Below are positions 41,881-54,469 of a stretch of 64,000 bases of DNA, in pieces. The position numbers and the translations under genes were made by a program. Under the pieces are notes generated by a model, which saw only the letters and a program-made list of their open reading frames with translations, searched no databases and had not been told where the DNA came from. Every line of letters begins with the position of its first letter. The stretch's first letter is position 1. The stretch spans positions 5,828,001-5,892,000 of the forward strand of contig OZ024751.1 in assembly GCA_964016885.1 (NCBI GenBank). Direction: 5' to 3'. The DNA comes from Eledone cirrhosa. Its lineage: Eukaryota.

Positions 41881-42395
41881 TAATAAAAACAATGAATAAA
41901 AACAAAGAACAAGTTCCTTATATTAAAATATTCATCATTTTACGATCGTTTCTAGGATATATATGTGTGTGTTGGTATGTATATCGTATAGATCTATGTA
42001 AAAATATTACAAACTATTAGAGGAAATATACATACCTTCACATATATATGCTGTCTTCAGAAATAATGAACTATTTCATTATTTCTGAAGACAGCATATA
42101 TATGTGAAGGTATGTATATTTCCTCTAATACTTTGTAATATTTTTACATAGATCTATATGATATACATACCAACACACACATATATATCCTAGAAACGAT
42201 CGTAAAATGATGAATTTTTTAATATAAGGAACTTGTTCTTTGTTTTTATTCATTTTTTTTATTAATTTATCTTGACTCTTTTCCTGTGATTTTCATCGAA
42301 AATTTTTGAATACATCTTCTCTTTTCATGATATTTGGATTACATTGAGTTCTTCATACGGATTGGACACTACCGTGTATTTTGGTAGATTTATAG
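41877..42395 (+). mobile_element. Near-perfect fold-back (~195-bp arms, 4-nt loop) plus tail, with long-stem-II HHRs at 41931-42070 (-) and 42075-42214 (+)
   Basis: ttcattattt-CTGAAGA-cagcatatatatgtg...cacatatatatccta-GAAA-cgatcg-TA-aaatgatgaa. Confidence 0.85.
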
Positions 42396-42418
42396 ATATA
42401 TGTATATATATATATATA

Positions 42419-42754
42419 TTGGTAAACGGAATAGAAAATGCTGACAAATTGTTCACAGTTGAAAAATGGTTTAATTTTTATGTTAAAAGAGTGACTCCAG
42501 CGCTACTTGGTGTTTGCAAAAATTCTTGTGGTCAAAACAATTTTGATTGGTCGGTAGAGGTCATGTGAATAAAAAATTGATTTTGCGCCAAGACTGAGAA
42601 ATGACACTTTCACAACAAATATGTGTGTGTGTGTGTGTGTGTGTGTGTAGTAGTAGTAAGGTGTTCGATATTGTGATAATGGTTAGCAGGGATGTGTGTC
42701 AAATAATTATTAAGATAAGTGTGTGTGAGTGTGTGTGTGTGTCTTATACGCGAA

Positions 42755-42787
<33 letters not shown>

Positions 42788-42913
42788 CACACACACACAC
42801 ACTCTTCCCGTATAAGACAAAAGCTGAAAAATATCTTTTGACATGCTAAAATACCCCCCACTGCTTACAGACACATTTCTACTGACCATCCCTGCTACCA
42901 CGAATTACTCTGC

Positions 42914-42956
<43 letters not shown>

Positions 42957-43488
42957 TTGTTGTGAAAGAGTCATTTCTCAGTTTTGGCGCAAAATCAGTT
43001 TTTTATTCACATGACCTCTACCGACCAATCAAAATTGTTTTGACCACAAGAATTTTTGCAAACACCAAGTAGCGCTGGAGTCACTTTTTTAACATAAAAA
43101 CAGTCTTGGCGCAAAATCAATGTTTTACATTCCCATGACCTCTACCGACCAATCAAAATTGTTTTGACCACAAGAATTTTTGCAACACCAAAGTAGCTCT
43201 GGAGCCACTTTGTTAACATAAAAACAGGTAGAATTCCCCAAACTAATCAGATCAGAGCAAACAACACGGACACTCTATCACAAAATTTTTTTTTGAAAAG
43301 CATTTCGAAATGCGCAACCAGTAAAAACTTAAAAACTTAAAACCACAACTGAATACTAACCCATACAATTGCTAATACTCTTTTATTCCTAATTAAACCA
43401 TTTTTCAACTGTGAACAATTTTTCAGCATTTTCTATTCCGTTTACCAATATATAATAACTTGTGTGTTACACCTCTATTCTTTTAACT
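42419..43488 (+). mobile_element. Complex fold-back element with internal duplications
   Basis: 42419-42473 mirrors 43392-43449; 42476-42700 mirrors 42880-43100; ~125-bp direct repeat at ~42985/43107; ~40-nt tail. Confidence 0.75.
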
Positions 43489-43504
43489 ATATATATATAT
43501 ATAT

Positions 43505-43787
43505 ATTATAAAATCAAAAGATGGTTAAAATAGTTCCATGTATTTTATTATGCGCATTTCAAAATCAAATAACATCGTGGGATGATATTTGCGTTCTCAT
43601 CAGATGACAATGCAAATATTCCGTGATGATATTTGTTTTTGAAATGCGCATAATAAAATACATGGAACTCTTTTAACCATCTTTTGATTTTATATTATTT
43701 ATACTCCAGTCCTATAAACTGTTGAGTGCTACTTATCCGATATTTGCATTGCTTTATTTGTGCTACAATAAAACTCACCTCCTACAT

Positions 43788-43788
<1 letters not shown>
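43505..43788 (+). mobile_element. Fold-back element family B (copy 3), folding inside the HHR
   Basis: Same arm start and tail as the other B copies; minus-strand core CTGATGA..GAAA-tgcgca-TA at 43541-43604. Confidence 0.8.
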
Positions 43789-43822
<34 letters not shown>

Positions 43823-44149
43823 TAATTTGATTAACATCACAGGAAGCCGGAATGGCAATATTCCTTTAATGTTTTATTGTTGCAAAAATCACTATATATA
43901 TTTCAATGGCTTGGTTACGTGAGATTTATATTGAATATCGCCCTGTTACGCGCGTTTCGCAGATGTCTGGCCCAAGATCCGGCGTAAAGGTTAGGGACCC
44001 AGACTTCATTGTCGATCTGCTCTTCAGACTGGCGATCCATCAAAACATATAGGAGAGAAAGAGAGAGAGATAGCGAGAGAGAGAGAGACGAGTCGGGGCT
44101 AAAGGTAGATAAATATTCAGAATTTGTTAGAAAGCAGGTCTGGACCAAT

Positions 44150-44360
44150 TCAGCAGTATCAGTTGTGCGTCAGACATTATGCTTTGCGTCATAGAGTTAT
44201 GGCACTTTACGTTCTGAGTTCAAATCCCGCCGAGTTTAGCTTTGCATTTCATCCTTATGGAGTCAATAAAATAAAGCACCAGTTATTCAATGGGTTCGAT
44301 TTAATGGACTTTCCCCTCTCCCCAAATTGCTGACCTTGTGCCTATGGTAGAACCCATTAT
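44150..44360 (+). mobile_element. tRNA-derived SINE (Nin/Deu-like core), diverged
   Basis: gagttcaaatcccgccgag..tttcatcctt..gtcaataaaataaagcaccag. Confidence 0.75.
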
Positions 44361-45082
44361 TAGGTACTCCAGTGTCTGGCAGATCGGGGAAAAATATATG
44401 ACGCGAATTATGTAAGACGAGTGACGTTCAGTTTGACACTCATCATCATTATCCGGTGGCCTCAGCATAAGTCGACTCAACAATTGCCGTTGCCAAATCC
44501 TGGATTTCAATACCAGAATCTCTGGAGATGACATCGGGATAGGAGAGCTTGCGCCCTCTGTTATTAGTAACTGCTTGTGGTTTCCAAAACTCTAATGGTG
44601 ACACAAACTCATAGGTGGCCCAATGGCAGTGGCCAACAAATCTGACTCTACTTTTACGTACAATGACGGATATGGTGTGAGAGGCCGGTATATATCTCTT
44701 TCAAAATCAGACTCTTCCAAGTAACAATTCAACCAATCCTGCTATAAGTTAAACATTCACCCTGTCATCCAAACAACAAAAGCGCCTTGATAGCTCTTAA
44801 ACTCGCCTGTTTCAAACGCATTCATTGACCCTCAACACTGAGCCAAACATCGCTATACTAGTATAATAGCAACATTTAATATTGTAATGTTGTTATTTCA
44901 TTTAGTAAACATCAGAAATATAAATGTCATAGACAATTTTAAATACGAATTCAAATTATTGAATTTTGAAACAAAATATTTTAATGCTGCATTATGACAT
45001 TTTATCAAAAAGGTTATATTTCTTTTTTTCTCTCCGTGATATTTCATAAGGTATGTTTAGTTACAGAGTATGATATATTTAC

Positions 45083-45265
45083 TTTGGCAGTATCGGTAGA
45101 GGGTCGGACGCCATACTTTCCAGCATAGTTACGTACCTTTATGTTCTGAGTTAAAATCCTGCCAAGGTTAACTTTGCCTTTCATCCTTACGGGGTCGATA
45201 AAATAAAGTACCAGTAATGCACTGGGATAATTGCTGGCCTTGTGCCAAAAGTAGAAACGATTATT
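45083..45265 (+). mobile_element. tRNA-derived SINE (Nin/Deu-like core)
   Basis: tggcagtatcggtagaggg...gcctttcatccttacggggtcgataaaataaagtaccag...ggccttgtgcc. Confidence 0.88.
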
Positions 45266-45599
45266 TTATATCAGTCACAATGTCCTTAAATATCCATAAT
45301 AATGTCATACGGTATATGTTTAGATTGCTTGATATCTAATATCTATGTTTGCCCGCTTTATTCATCTACCGGTGCAGAAAGATAAATAAATACTTCGCAT
45401 ATCACTTATAATCCCATGTAAATAGCTGAAATTTCCAGTAAGAACATACGAAAATATATACACAGGAAGCTGTTGTCACGAAAGAAATATATTTCAGAGG
45501 GGTTTTCTGGAAAAAATCCCGTTTCCTTACAAGTAAAGTCATATGAAGTAAACACATTAATAAATGATTGTTGAATATCTAAGTGAATCAGTTGGATGA

Positions 45600-45995
45600 A
45601 GATAATGCTACTGACAGTTATCGTGGCTTACAAGACTCATGGGGAAATTCATTGCAGGGATTTGTGTTGGCACTCCGTCGGTTACGACAACGAGTGTTCG
45701 AGTTGATACGATCAACGGAACAGCCTGGTCCTGAAATTAACGTGCTAGTGGCTGAGCACTCCACTGATACCTGCACGCATAACGCACTTCTCATGGAGAT
45801 TCGGAGTGACACGGTATGTGACAAGGTTGGTTGGCTCTTCGAATTACAAATACAAATCATTTTTGCCAGCTGAATGGACCGGAGTAACGTGAATTAAAGT
45901 GTCTTGCTCAAGGATACAATGTGCCTCTGGGAATCGAATTTACCATCTTACAATTGTGAGCCGAATACCCTAACACGATGGCCACGGACCTTCAT
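45600..45995 (-). mobile_element. tRNA-derived SINE, second family
   Basis: aacgtgaattaaagtgtcttgctcaagga...ggaatcgaa...gccacggaccttca matches 24245-24360. Confidence 0.7.
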
Positions 45996-46564
45996 TGCGT
46001 ATATATAAGTTTCTATTAACTATACTTCCCACTTCTTGAGTGTAGTTAAATAAATATTTTTTATAATCTTATTTAGTGAGAGAGTTTATGGAATATATAT
46101 TCTTACGGAAGTAATTTCCATGTAACACCAACCCGCCAGGTGTTTCTGGTATAAAAGTGACTAATTGTACAGCTTATCACGTCTGCTACATTTTGTTTAC
46201 TTCCTCAAATCTGTCCACTATTGAGGCATTTTAGTATAGTATTAAAATGAAGAGACATTATGTTTACAATTCAGGAATGAGATATATCCCTCCGATGGCC
46301 TTACACACAGACTCTGTGTACTACATTCGCCCAAGGGTTTTGGCAAACAGAGATTGTAGTAGGTAAATTTTCCAACAGCTGCCATGATTAAACCGGAAAC
46401 CATGTATTTGCGAAGTATTGTTATTAAACCCCAAACCATGCCTGACGTTATTGATATTGTTAAGAATATAAAACATGGAATATTTATTTATATATATAAA
46501 CACTAAATGCAAACGCAGATTTCAATAATTGGACATAAAGTCATAGCTTTATAACGTTAGCTGG

Positions 46565-46628
<64 letters not shown>

Positions 46629-47211
46629 GTATGATACATTTTATTACTAATTATATCTAAATGTTTCTTCTCTCTTCATAATGTATTTTTAACTCTGATA
46701 CTGGTTCAGTCTAGTTCAACTGAATTGGTCTGTCCCAGTCATTCATTGAGCAACATCGGTGAAGTTGGCACCCTAAACTCACAGTTGGGTGCAGATGCAT
46801 TCATGTATATATGTGTGTGTCCGCATGTATCTGTTTGTTTCTAAATATATTATATATATATATATATATATATTCGTACACTAGTATAGTGCGTTGAACT
46901 ATTACAAAAGGTTAAATATGATGGGTTGCCTAATACTGACATGTGTGGAAATAAAATATTCTAAGAACTATAGAACCATAGAAGATACGACTTAAGAAAA
47001 CCTCACATCATAACTACACGGGCAGCCAGACATTTGCAAAGTAAAATGGGAATAATATTATTATAAATACATAATAAAGAAAAAGCAGGAGAAAACAATA
47101 ATAGTTCACAAAAATGCATATGTTCTTGTAGATAATAATGTCGATAACCTTTAGAAACAGATTGTGTGAATATAGTATCAGTATATAAATATGGTTAACT
47201 GTCATAAAATG

Positions 47212-47279
<68 letters not shown>

Positions 47280-47281
<2 letters not shown>

Positions 47282-47480
47282 AAAAAGTATGACCCCGATG
47301 GCAGAGCTCAAGCCGTTTCGACGGTAAACATTCTAATTTAGTCAAGAAATAGCCGTCGAAACAGCTTGAACTCTGCCGTCGGGGTCATACTTTTTCCTAT
47401 TACCCACTCTAGTACCCTAAGTATTGAGTACTCTGGAGCGTTATGGTCCATCTGGTTCCTTACCACATCTCCCTCGTTAC
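47280..47480 (+). mobile_element. Fold-back element family A (copy 3)
   Basis: Arms 47280-47324/47353-47397 plus tail. Confidence 0.8.
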
Positions 47481-47516
47481 ATATATATGTTATTTATGTA
47501 GAAATGTTACATACAC

Positions 47517-47564
<48 letters not shown>

Positions 47565-47639
47565 GTATGTATATATATGTGTATGTAAAGGTTCTACATA
47601 AATAACAACACAGTCGGTAAGTATATATATATATAAACA

Positions 47640-47687
<48 letters not shown>

Positions 47688-47931
47688 CATACAAACATAC
47701 AAATATTTTGAAGTGTTATGATCAGATATCGCAACATCAAAGTAAACAATTATTTTGGGGACAAAGATTATCTAATTGTGGAACTATTGAAAGGAAATGT
47801 CAACATATTGCTTGGCTAAGAATATGCATGTGTACTTTTTTTCTACTACACCTGAGATTTCACCAAGAAGACCTACATTCTTGCTCCACACCATGTGGAG
47901 CGCTTCACACAGTAGCAGAAATAAAGTCGCA

Positions 47932-50545
47932 ATGGAAAATCTGGCAACCTTGGCGGCATTGAAGGATATCCCTTTAGCAGACAAACAGGTGTACACCAAT
48001 GATCTCATTAAGAGTACAGACTCACTCATTCGAAGGATGCGATGGAGGGCGTTCCACTTTGAAAGAGGAACTCCCAAACTTACCAACACCTAAAACATGG
48101 AGTACCTTTTTAGATCAAGGAGGAACCCTCTCCACAACAGGTTACTGGAGGAGTTCGAGAATGAGATGATTAACATTATCTCCAACCTCAAATCCTCTGG
48201 AGTACCTGAGACACCTGGGAAACGGGATTGCCAAACTTAAGGTGTCGACCGGAATACTTGTCCATGCTGATAAAACTAGCAACGTCTACAGCACGGACAT
48301 AAATATGTACAATAAGCTAATTCTCAGGGAACCGAGGAAGAGCTACAAAAACCACCTGGAGTTACTCTGGAGGAGATCAACGCCAATGCTTACAGGATAG
48401 TATCCGGATTCGGTATAGATGATAGCACGGCCCCATACCAACTGTGGGAGTCGAGGATTACCATTAAGGATCACAAACCCAACTTTCAGTCCGACCTCCC
48501 GATAAGACTAATAGCCCCTTCGATGGCGGACCTGGGGATTGTCAGTAAAAGCATACTCGATGGAATTTTGCCGACGCTTAGGAAAAAAACTAAATTACAG
48601 CAATGGTCATGCACAGGTGAGGTAATAGAGTGGTTTACACTATCAGAAAAATAGGACCAGCTTTATCCAACTGGATATTGCTGGTTACTACTCAAACTCG
48701 CCATAGTACATACTAAGGCCCTTATTTTCGTGATGTCTGAAACAGACCTATCCCGAGAGGAGGTGGACATCATCCACGCCACCCGTAAGACCTTGATCCG
48801 TGTCGGTGGGGACCTCTTGATCAGGAGTGATTGGCCAAATAACTTTGACATCACGATGGGCTCTAGCGACTCTGCGCAAGTGATTGACCTGGTTGGGCTC
48901 TTCCTGCTGAAGCAGATAAAAGAAATCCCCTGCCTCGGCGGCGGACTACACCGTGACGATGCCCTCTTCACAGTCTGTTACCACAGCACCACTATGGTGA
49001 AGAGAAGGAAGAGGCGAATTAGACATTTTTTTAGGGATCATGGGTTCAGTATGGAATTAGACCCTAATAGAAAGGTAGTTAACTTCCTAGACACAACCCT
49101 AAATCTAAACACTGAGCTATACTACCCTTATCACAAGCCTAACGAGAATCTGGTATATGTTAACACTAAGTCAAACCACCCCAGATATATCATTAAGGGC
49201 GCCCTCAGGAGTGTCTCGGACAGAATCTCCAACTTGTCCGCAAATAGTTAGATCTTCGATAGCAATGTTGATTATTATAATACAGCTCTAGGTAAGGCGG
49301 CCCATTACGAAACCATATCTTATAACCCGAGGCGCCATGCTAGAGATGGCCCATCGGGCCCCTCGATCTGCGGTATCCAGAAAGGGTGAAACCCAAACAG
49401 TACAGCCAGGGTTAAGGCCACTAAACGCCCTGAACGCGGCACCAATACGGTAGCGAATAAGACGCACACGCCTGGGCATGTGAGAAAACCCTGTACGTTA
49501 GTCGGACTTAGGGTTGATACTAACCACCCCGGACCCAGCGCCGCCAACCACATGAAGCAGACCAGGATGGATGGAGGAACATCTTAATGTAGAACTTCCG
49601 GACACATCTCCCCACCGGTACGGGCAGAACAGTTAGTAAAACCCATAGCGCTCATAGAGACAGCAATAATGCGGAAAGCAGTAGCACCCCAACAACTCCC
49701 CAACGGCCAACGGCGTTCTCCACCCACCCTCGTAAGGATAGACGAAGGTACACTCCACCCTACGTAGTACAATCCACCCTAATCAGCGGGCCTCAAGACC
49801 AGCATTGCCCGGGCATTCTTTAGGGCACTGGATAAGTGCTTCCCGAGGAACCACAGATACCGCAAAATATTCAATAGGCACACGGTGAAGATCTCGTACT
49901 CAACCACGCACAGTGTATCCCAGCCATAGCTAGTATCAATAGGAACAGACTTAGGAACTATGGGGCGCCAGAGGCTGACCCTATAGGCACCAGCAGAGCC
50001 ATGATGGGGTAAATGTTGGACGTGGGACTGAGGCGAGGACCACCAACCAACCACGGGTGCCTGTACTAGGCTCAGGGATCAACCACCCCAAGCTACACAA
50101 TGGGAACCCCACAGTAGACATTGAGGGGTTGACCAATTCATGCAACTGCAGAACCGCCACGTTATACCCCCTTGGTAATGAATGCTTACTGAGGAACCTT
50201 ATACAGATGCAAGGTTACAACCCCTAACTCAGAACACCTTTACACAGGAGCCACATCAACGAGCTTCAAGGACAGATGGTATAACCACTGCCATTCTTTC
50301 AATAGGATAGACAAGAGGAAAAGTACGCCCGTTTCCGAACTGATCTGGAAGCTCAAGCTAGAAAAGACCACGTATGCTTTGGTCTGGTCCAAGATTAGGG
50401 AGGTACCACCTAACGGAGGGCGATCTGGCATCTGCAAACTCTGTCTAATACTCAGGGGTGGGAGTAACTTAATCAACCTTAGGACCGATTTCATTGGTAC
50501 CTGTAGACACCTTAGAGCGGGAACTTTCCTCAAACTATATGGATA
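47932..50545 (+). pseudogene. PLE polyprotein (RT and GIY-YIG endonuclease)
   Basis: KDIP..LIRRMRWRA, ADKT, ITIKDHKPNF, FIQLDI, FDITMGSSDSAQV, GLHRDD, VNFLDTTLNL, YVNTKSNHP, FPRNHRYRKIFNRHTVKISYS, CNCR, YTGATSTSFKDRWYNH, CKLCL, CRH. Confidence 0.9.
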
Positions 50546-51614
50546 GCAACCCCGTCACACTGGGCCCCCGTGACACCAAACCCACCCCCTATACCTAGCT
50601 TTCACCATCTCCTCTCGTCTAGAATAGCAATTTTAACACCACACTTACCTAGCAGCAAGAACCGTGCCTCACACCGCTGTGGTCCACCCTTCTCTTTAAC
50701 TTCCATAACTCAAACCCAAGTTAGCGGAAACTAGATAATTAGCAAAACAACATACGTCGGCGGAGTCCTACCCTGTGCGTAACCAGGCAACCCACGTTTC
50801 CGACCACCCAACTCCGGCTTATGATCTGATTACCCGAAGGATATGCTACCTCAAGTCTGACCACTTTCGCAAGAGTCAGTGCTAACTACTACAAGTAAAT
50901 AGGACCCACCTATTACTTCTCTCCCCACTCCATGAGGGGAGCTTTGAGTCTGTGTCCATGTGTGCGCATCCGAAAATGTACGTATATGTAATTGTGTGTA
51001 TGCGTGCATGTATGTGTGCCGATGTGTGAGATTGTGTGGATGTGGATTTTTAAATGCACTTAGACTTGTTCTTATACGTGTGTACACGTTTGCGGGTGTG
51101 TACTAAATGTCTAAAATATGAATTGTAATTCTTTACACGCCTACCATTTAACACACAGACTTTATTTCTTTCAACACACACGCTTTATTTTAGCATCTCC
51201 CACTATAAGACCTAATGGTAGAGAGAAGCACTGAACTCTGTCACTCTATATATATAAATTCTTCTTGACAACACTACAGGGGATTAGAGTTTACAAGCAA
51301 ACCGGCCTACTCACGCCACTACCACTACGACCAGAAAAGTCGGTCAACCGGACTAGAACATGCAGTTAAAAGCAATATTAACAGGCTCGTCTGTTTCTGA
51401 AGAATTTCAGGAGATTTTCGGCTGGGGGAGGTATGATACCTGACCAATGAGTTGGGGACATATCATTTGGACGCTGAATTTCGTTCATTCTTAAGCATAT
51501 GCTTCAATTCCTTAGAGGACTAACAACACACCCAGGAGCTGGACATATCAACGAATTAACCTGGTAAAATTCCTTACAACATCATGTTTTCCCTTTTTTC
51601 TGTTTAAATCCTTA

Positions 51615-51671
51615 CTGCCTGATGAGGTCATAGCTGTTGAATAATGGCTATCACTGAAATATATATAGCAG
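51615..51671 (+). ncRNA. Hammerhead ribozyme in the PLE 3' pLTR
   Basis: ctgc-CTGATGA-ggtcatagctgttgaataatggctatcact-GAAA-tatata-TA-gcag; homolog of 32790. Confidence 0.82.
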
Positions 51672-51726
51672 CGAATGTGAATAAACAAACCCAATTTTAC
51701 CCCGTTGACTTACACTTCTTATTTTT

Positions 51727-51775
<49 letters not shown>

Positions 51776-52489
51776 ATAATAATAAATTTGAAGACTAAAA
51801 TCCAAAGAGGGCTCGATAAGAATAAATATATATCAAATATATAAGAACCATAGAGCAAATTCTTTGCTTAAACTTTAGCAGCGATTCTTTGCTTAAACTT
51901 TAATCTGTTATTTTAATATATATATATATATTATCTCCAGACTTAGTGATTGATTGATTAATTTAATTAGACAATTCTATTGATTGATTAATTATTTATG
52001 ATTGTTTAATAACGTCTGGTCGACAGCTTTATTTGGTTTGGGGAAAGGAATTTATTCCTTTGTTCAAAATTTTTATTTTGACCGCTAAAAACCGGGGGTT
52101 ACCTCCCTTTGGGAAAGCTATGTGACCGCCAGCAGTACTTACTGCTAAAAATCACAACCGGCACGGCAGAGAAAGGATACTTGTTGAGAAAGTCAAACCT
52201 CTGTTCGATTTTCCAAAACCAATAACTTGCACACCCCGCAAGTGGATTTTGTTGATTTCGGATTTCACTGAAACCTAGCGAAGATATTGCATAATATCGA
52301 CGCGATGGTCCGGGTTTGTCAAATGATCCTGAGTCAGTTTTCTCGTTGCTTTGGTCCCTGCGGCTGGTTGTACGGCTAAACGTAATGTTATTACTCTAAG
52401 GTAAAATACCTTATTGAGTGCTTAGCTGTACATTCCGATTGCATTCGTTAGCTGCAGCCAGAGCTTCGATTATGCCGAACTTCCATTTG

Positions 52490-52641
<152 letters not shown>

Positions 52642-52681
52642 AATATATGAACGTATATATATATATATATATATGTATAAA

Positions 52682-53662
52682 GTGAAAGAGTGAAGAATAA
52701 CATAGTCAACAGTACAAAAAGGGTTTTATTTACAGTATTAACAATTGTTTCATTGATTAAGTTGTCTAAACATTGCTAATCCCTTGAAGTTGTGTCACTC
52801 AATTTTAAATACAATGTATGCTTAATCAAATCATCGGAAAAACTGGTTAAGATTATACACGCCGATTGTAATATACTACGACTTTGTAATATGGAGTTGC
52901 TCCATATTTTAAAAAATGACATAATGCTGCTTAACAACAAAATTGATCGGTCAATTTTCTGTAAGCATAAAGCAGCTACTAAATTCGCTAATTTCACACC
53001 AACTTGTTTCGACCCAACAAATTTCAGGTTTATACCATCTGCATCTTTACATTTTAATCACCACCACCACAACTATTTTCAACAATCATATTATGTTCAC
53101 TTTTCTTCACGCACATATACATTTTTTTATTTATTTGTTATCAACTTCATTCTAACTTATTTATTATTGATTTATTATTTTTTCTTTTTCTTTTTCTGTA
53201 TCATTTTTTCTTTTTTCTCTTTTGTTTTTTCTTCTTTCTTTTTCTCCCTCTCTTTTTCTTATTTTCTCATTCTTTCTTTATTACTGATGTTGTGATTTGA
53301 ATTTTCAAAGGCCGTGTATAATGTTAATCAGTTCTTCCGATGATTTAATTAAGCATACATTGTATTTAAATTTGAGTGACACAACTTCAAGTAATTAGCA
53401 ATTTTTAGACAACTTAACCGATGAAACAATTGTTAATAATGTAAATGAAACCCTTTTTGTATTGTTGACCATGTTATTCTTCACTCTTTCACTATTATTA
53501 CTCCAAGATTAACCTGCATAGGAATTCCCGAGAACGCGTAAACTCTCTACCTGAGGAAACCTCTTGTTGAGTAAAAAAACGCCGTACGCTAAAACTATCC
53601 ACAATACTACAGAGTATACACAACCTCTATCTCGATTACCTATAACGATAATTTGTTAACCC
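52682..53662 (+). mobile_element. Fold-back element family C (copy 2)
   Basis: Arms 52682-52870/53310-53492 plus the same tail as 39180-39345. Confidence 0.8.
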
Positions 53663-53671
53663 ATATATATG

Positions 53672-53703
<32 letters not shown>

Positions 53704-53742
53704 GATATATATATATATAAATATAAGTATGTATACGTACAT

Positions 53743-54355
53743 GGTGGCTGCCAACTCGTTTTCGAGTACGGCCACTACTTTATATCCATGTAGGAGAACC
53801 CATACCGATGCGCTGAACGTATGTGACTTTTTAGTCCAGCCAGCGACTTGAAAACTCTGGTACAAACACTACACTTGCGACAATTATTAACACATAGAGC
53901 TGGGCCCATGGTACCATGTGACGACAAGTGCAGAGAGATCTCCAGATATAAAGCAATGCCTGTGCCGTGAAGCTTTTATAGTGAGCAAAGGCACTGCACA
54001 AAGCCAGTCCCGCTCTCTTAACCAAGATGATATTTACCAAAAAGAAGAACAAGTCAACATCATTGGATACCATCAGGTTTGCAGGTGTTATATCAGAGTT
54101 TTCCTTCTCCTAGAATTATGCCTTGACAAAGGCTAAGTGGTCATCTCTCCCGGTGATTTTGGATGGCCATTGACTCTTAAGAGTTCCTTTGCCCTTTGAC
54201 AGGTTTTGTTTTTAGTCCTGCAGGATGTCCAAAGTCACCCTCCTCACCAAGAAACCTTGGTGGGGTTGCCAGTTTAGTCGCCAACGACCCAACCATGAGA
54301 CAGGTTCTACTGGGATACATGTTACCAGTAGCACCAACTGGTGACCTGACATAAC
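53743..54355 (-). mobile_element. ~610-bp retroelement 5'-like insertion interrupting a family R monomer
   Basis: Family R sequence aatataagtatgtatacgtacat at ~53720-53742 resumes at ~54356; possible TSD gtacat; related to 8600-9010. Confidence 0.6.
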
Positions 54356-54419
54356 GTATAAGTACATACATATATGTATACAGACGTACAGTAGTATGTA
54401 TATATATACATACATGCAC

Positions 54420-54469
<50 letters not shown>

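Larger units (their letters stand above)
47700..51730 (+). mobile_element. Near full-length decayed Penelope-like element, possibly Naiad-like clade, with an HHR-containing 3' pLTR
   Basis: Bounded by microsatellites; ORF relic 47932-50545; HHR at 51615-51671. Confidence 0.9.

Noticed and set aside
46283-46441. Possible minus-strand host exon (cag|GMVWGL...QSLC|gtaag); similar hints near 58400-58600 and 61160-61225
   Set aside because: Short, no recognisable domain and weak acceptors; cannot be supported without RNA-seq or homology.
50140-50512. Selenocysteine (in-frame TGA at conserved Cys), as reported for some Naiad PLEs
   Set aside because: The Cys positions I could read (CNCR, CKLC, CRH here; CTCR..CPL..CL at ~35810-35865) use TGY codons or are missense; no TGA pattern and no SECIS recognised.
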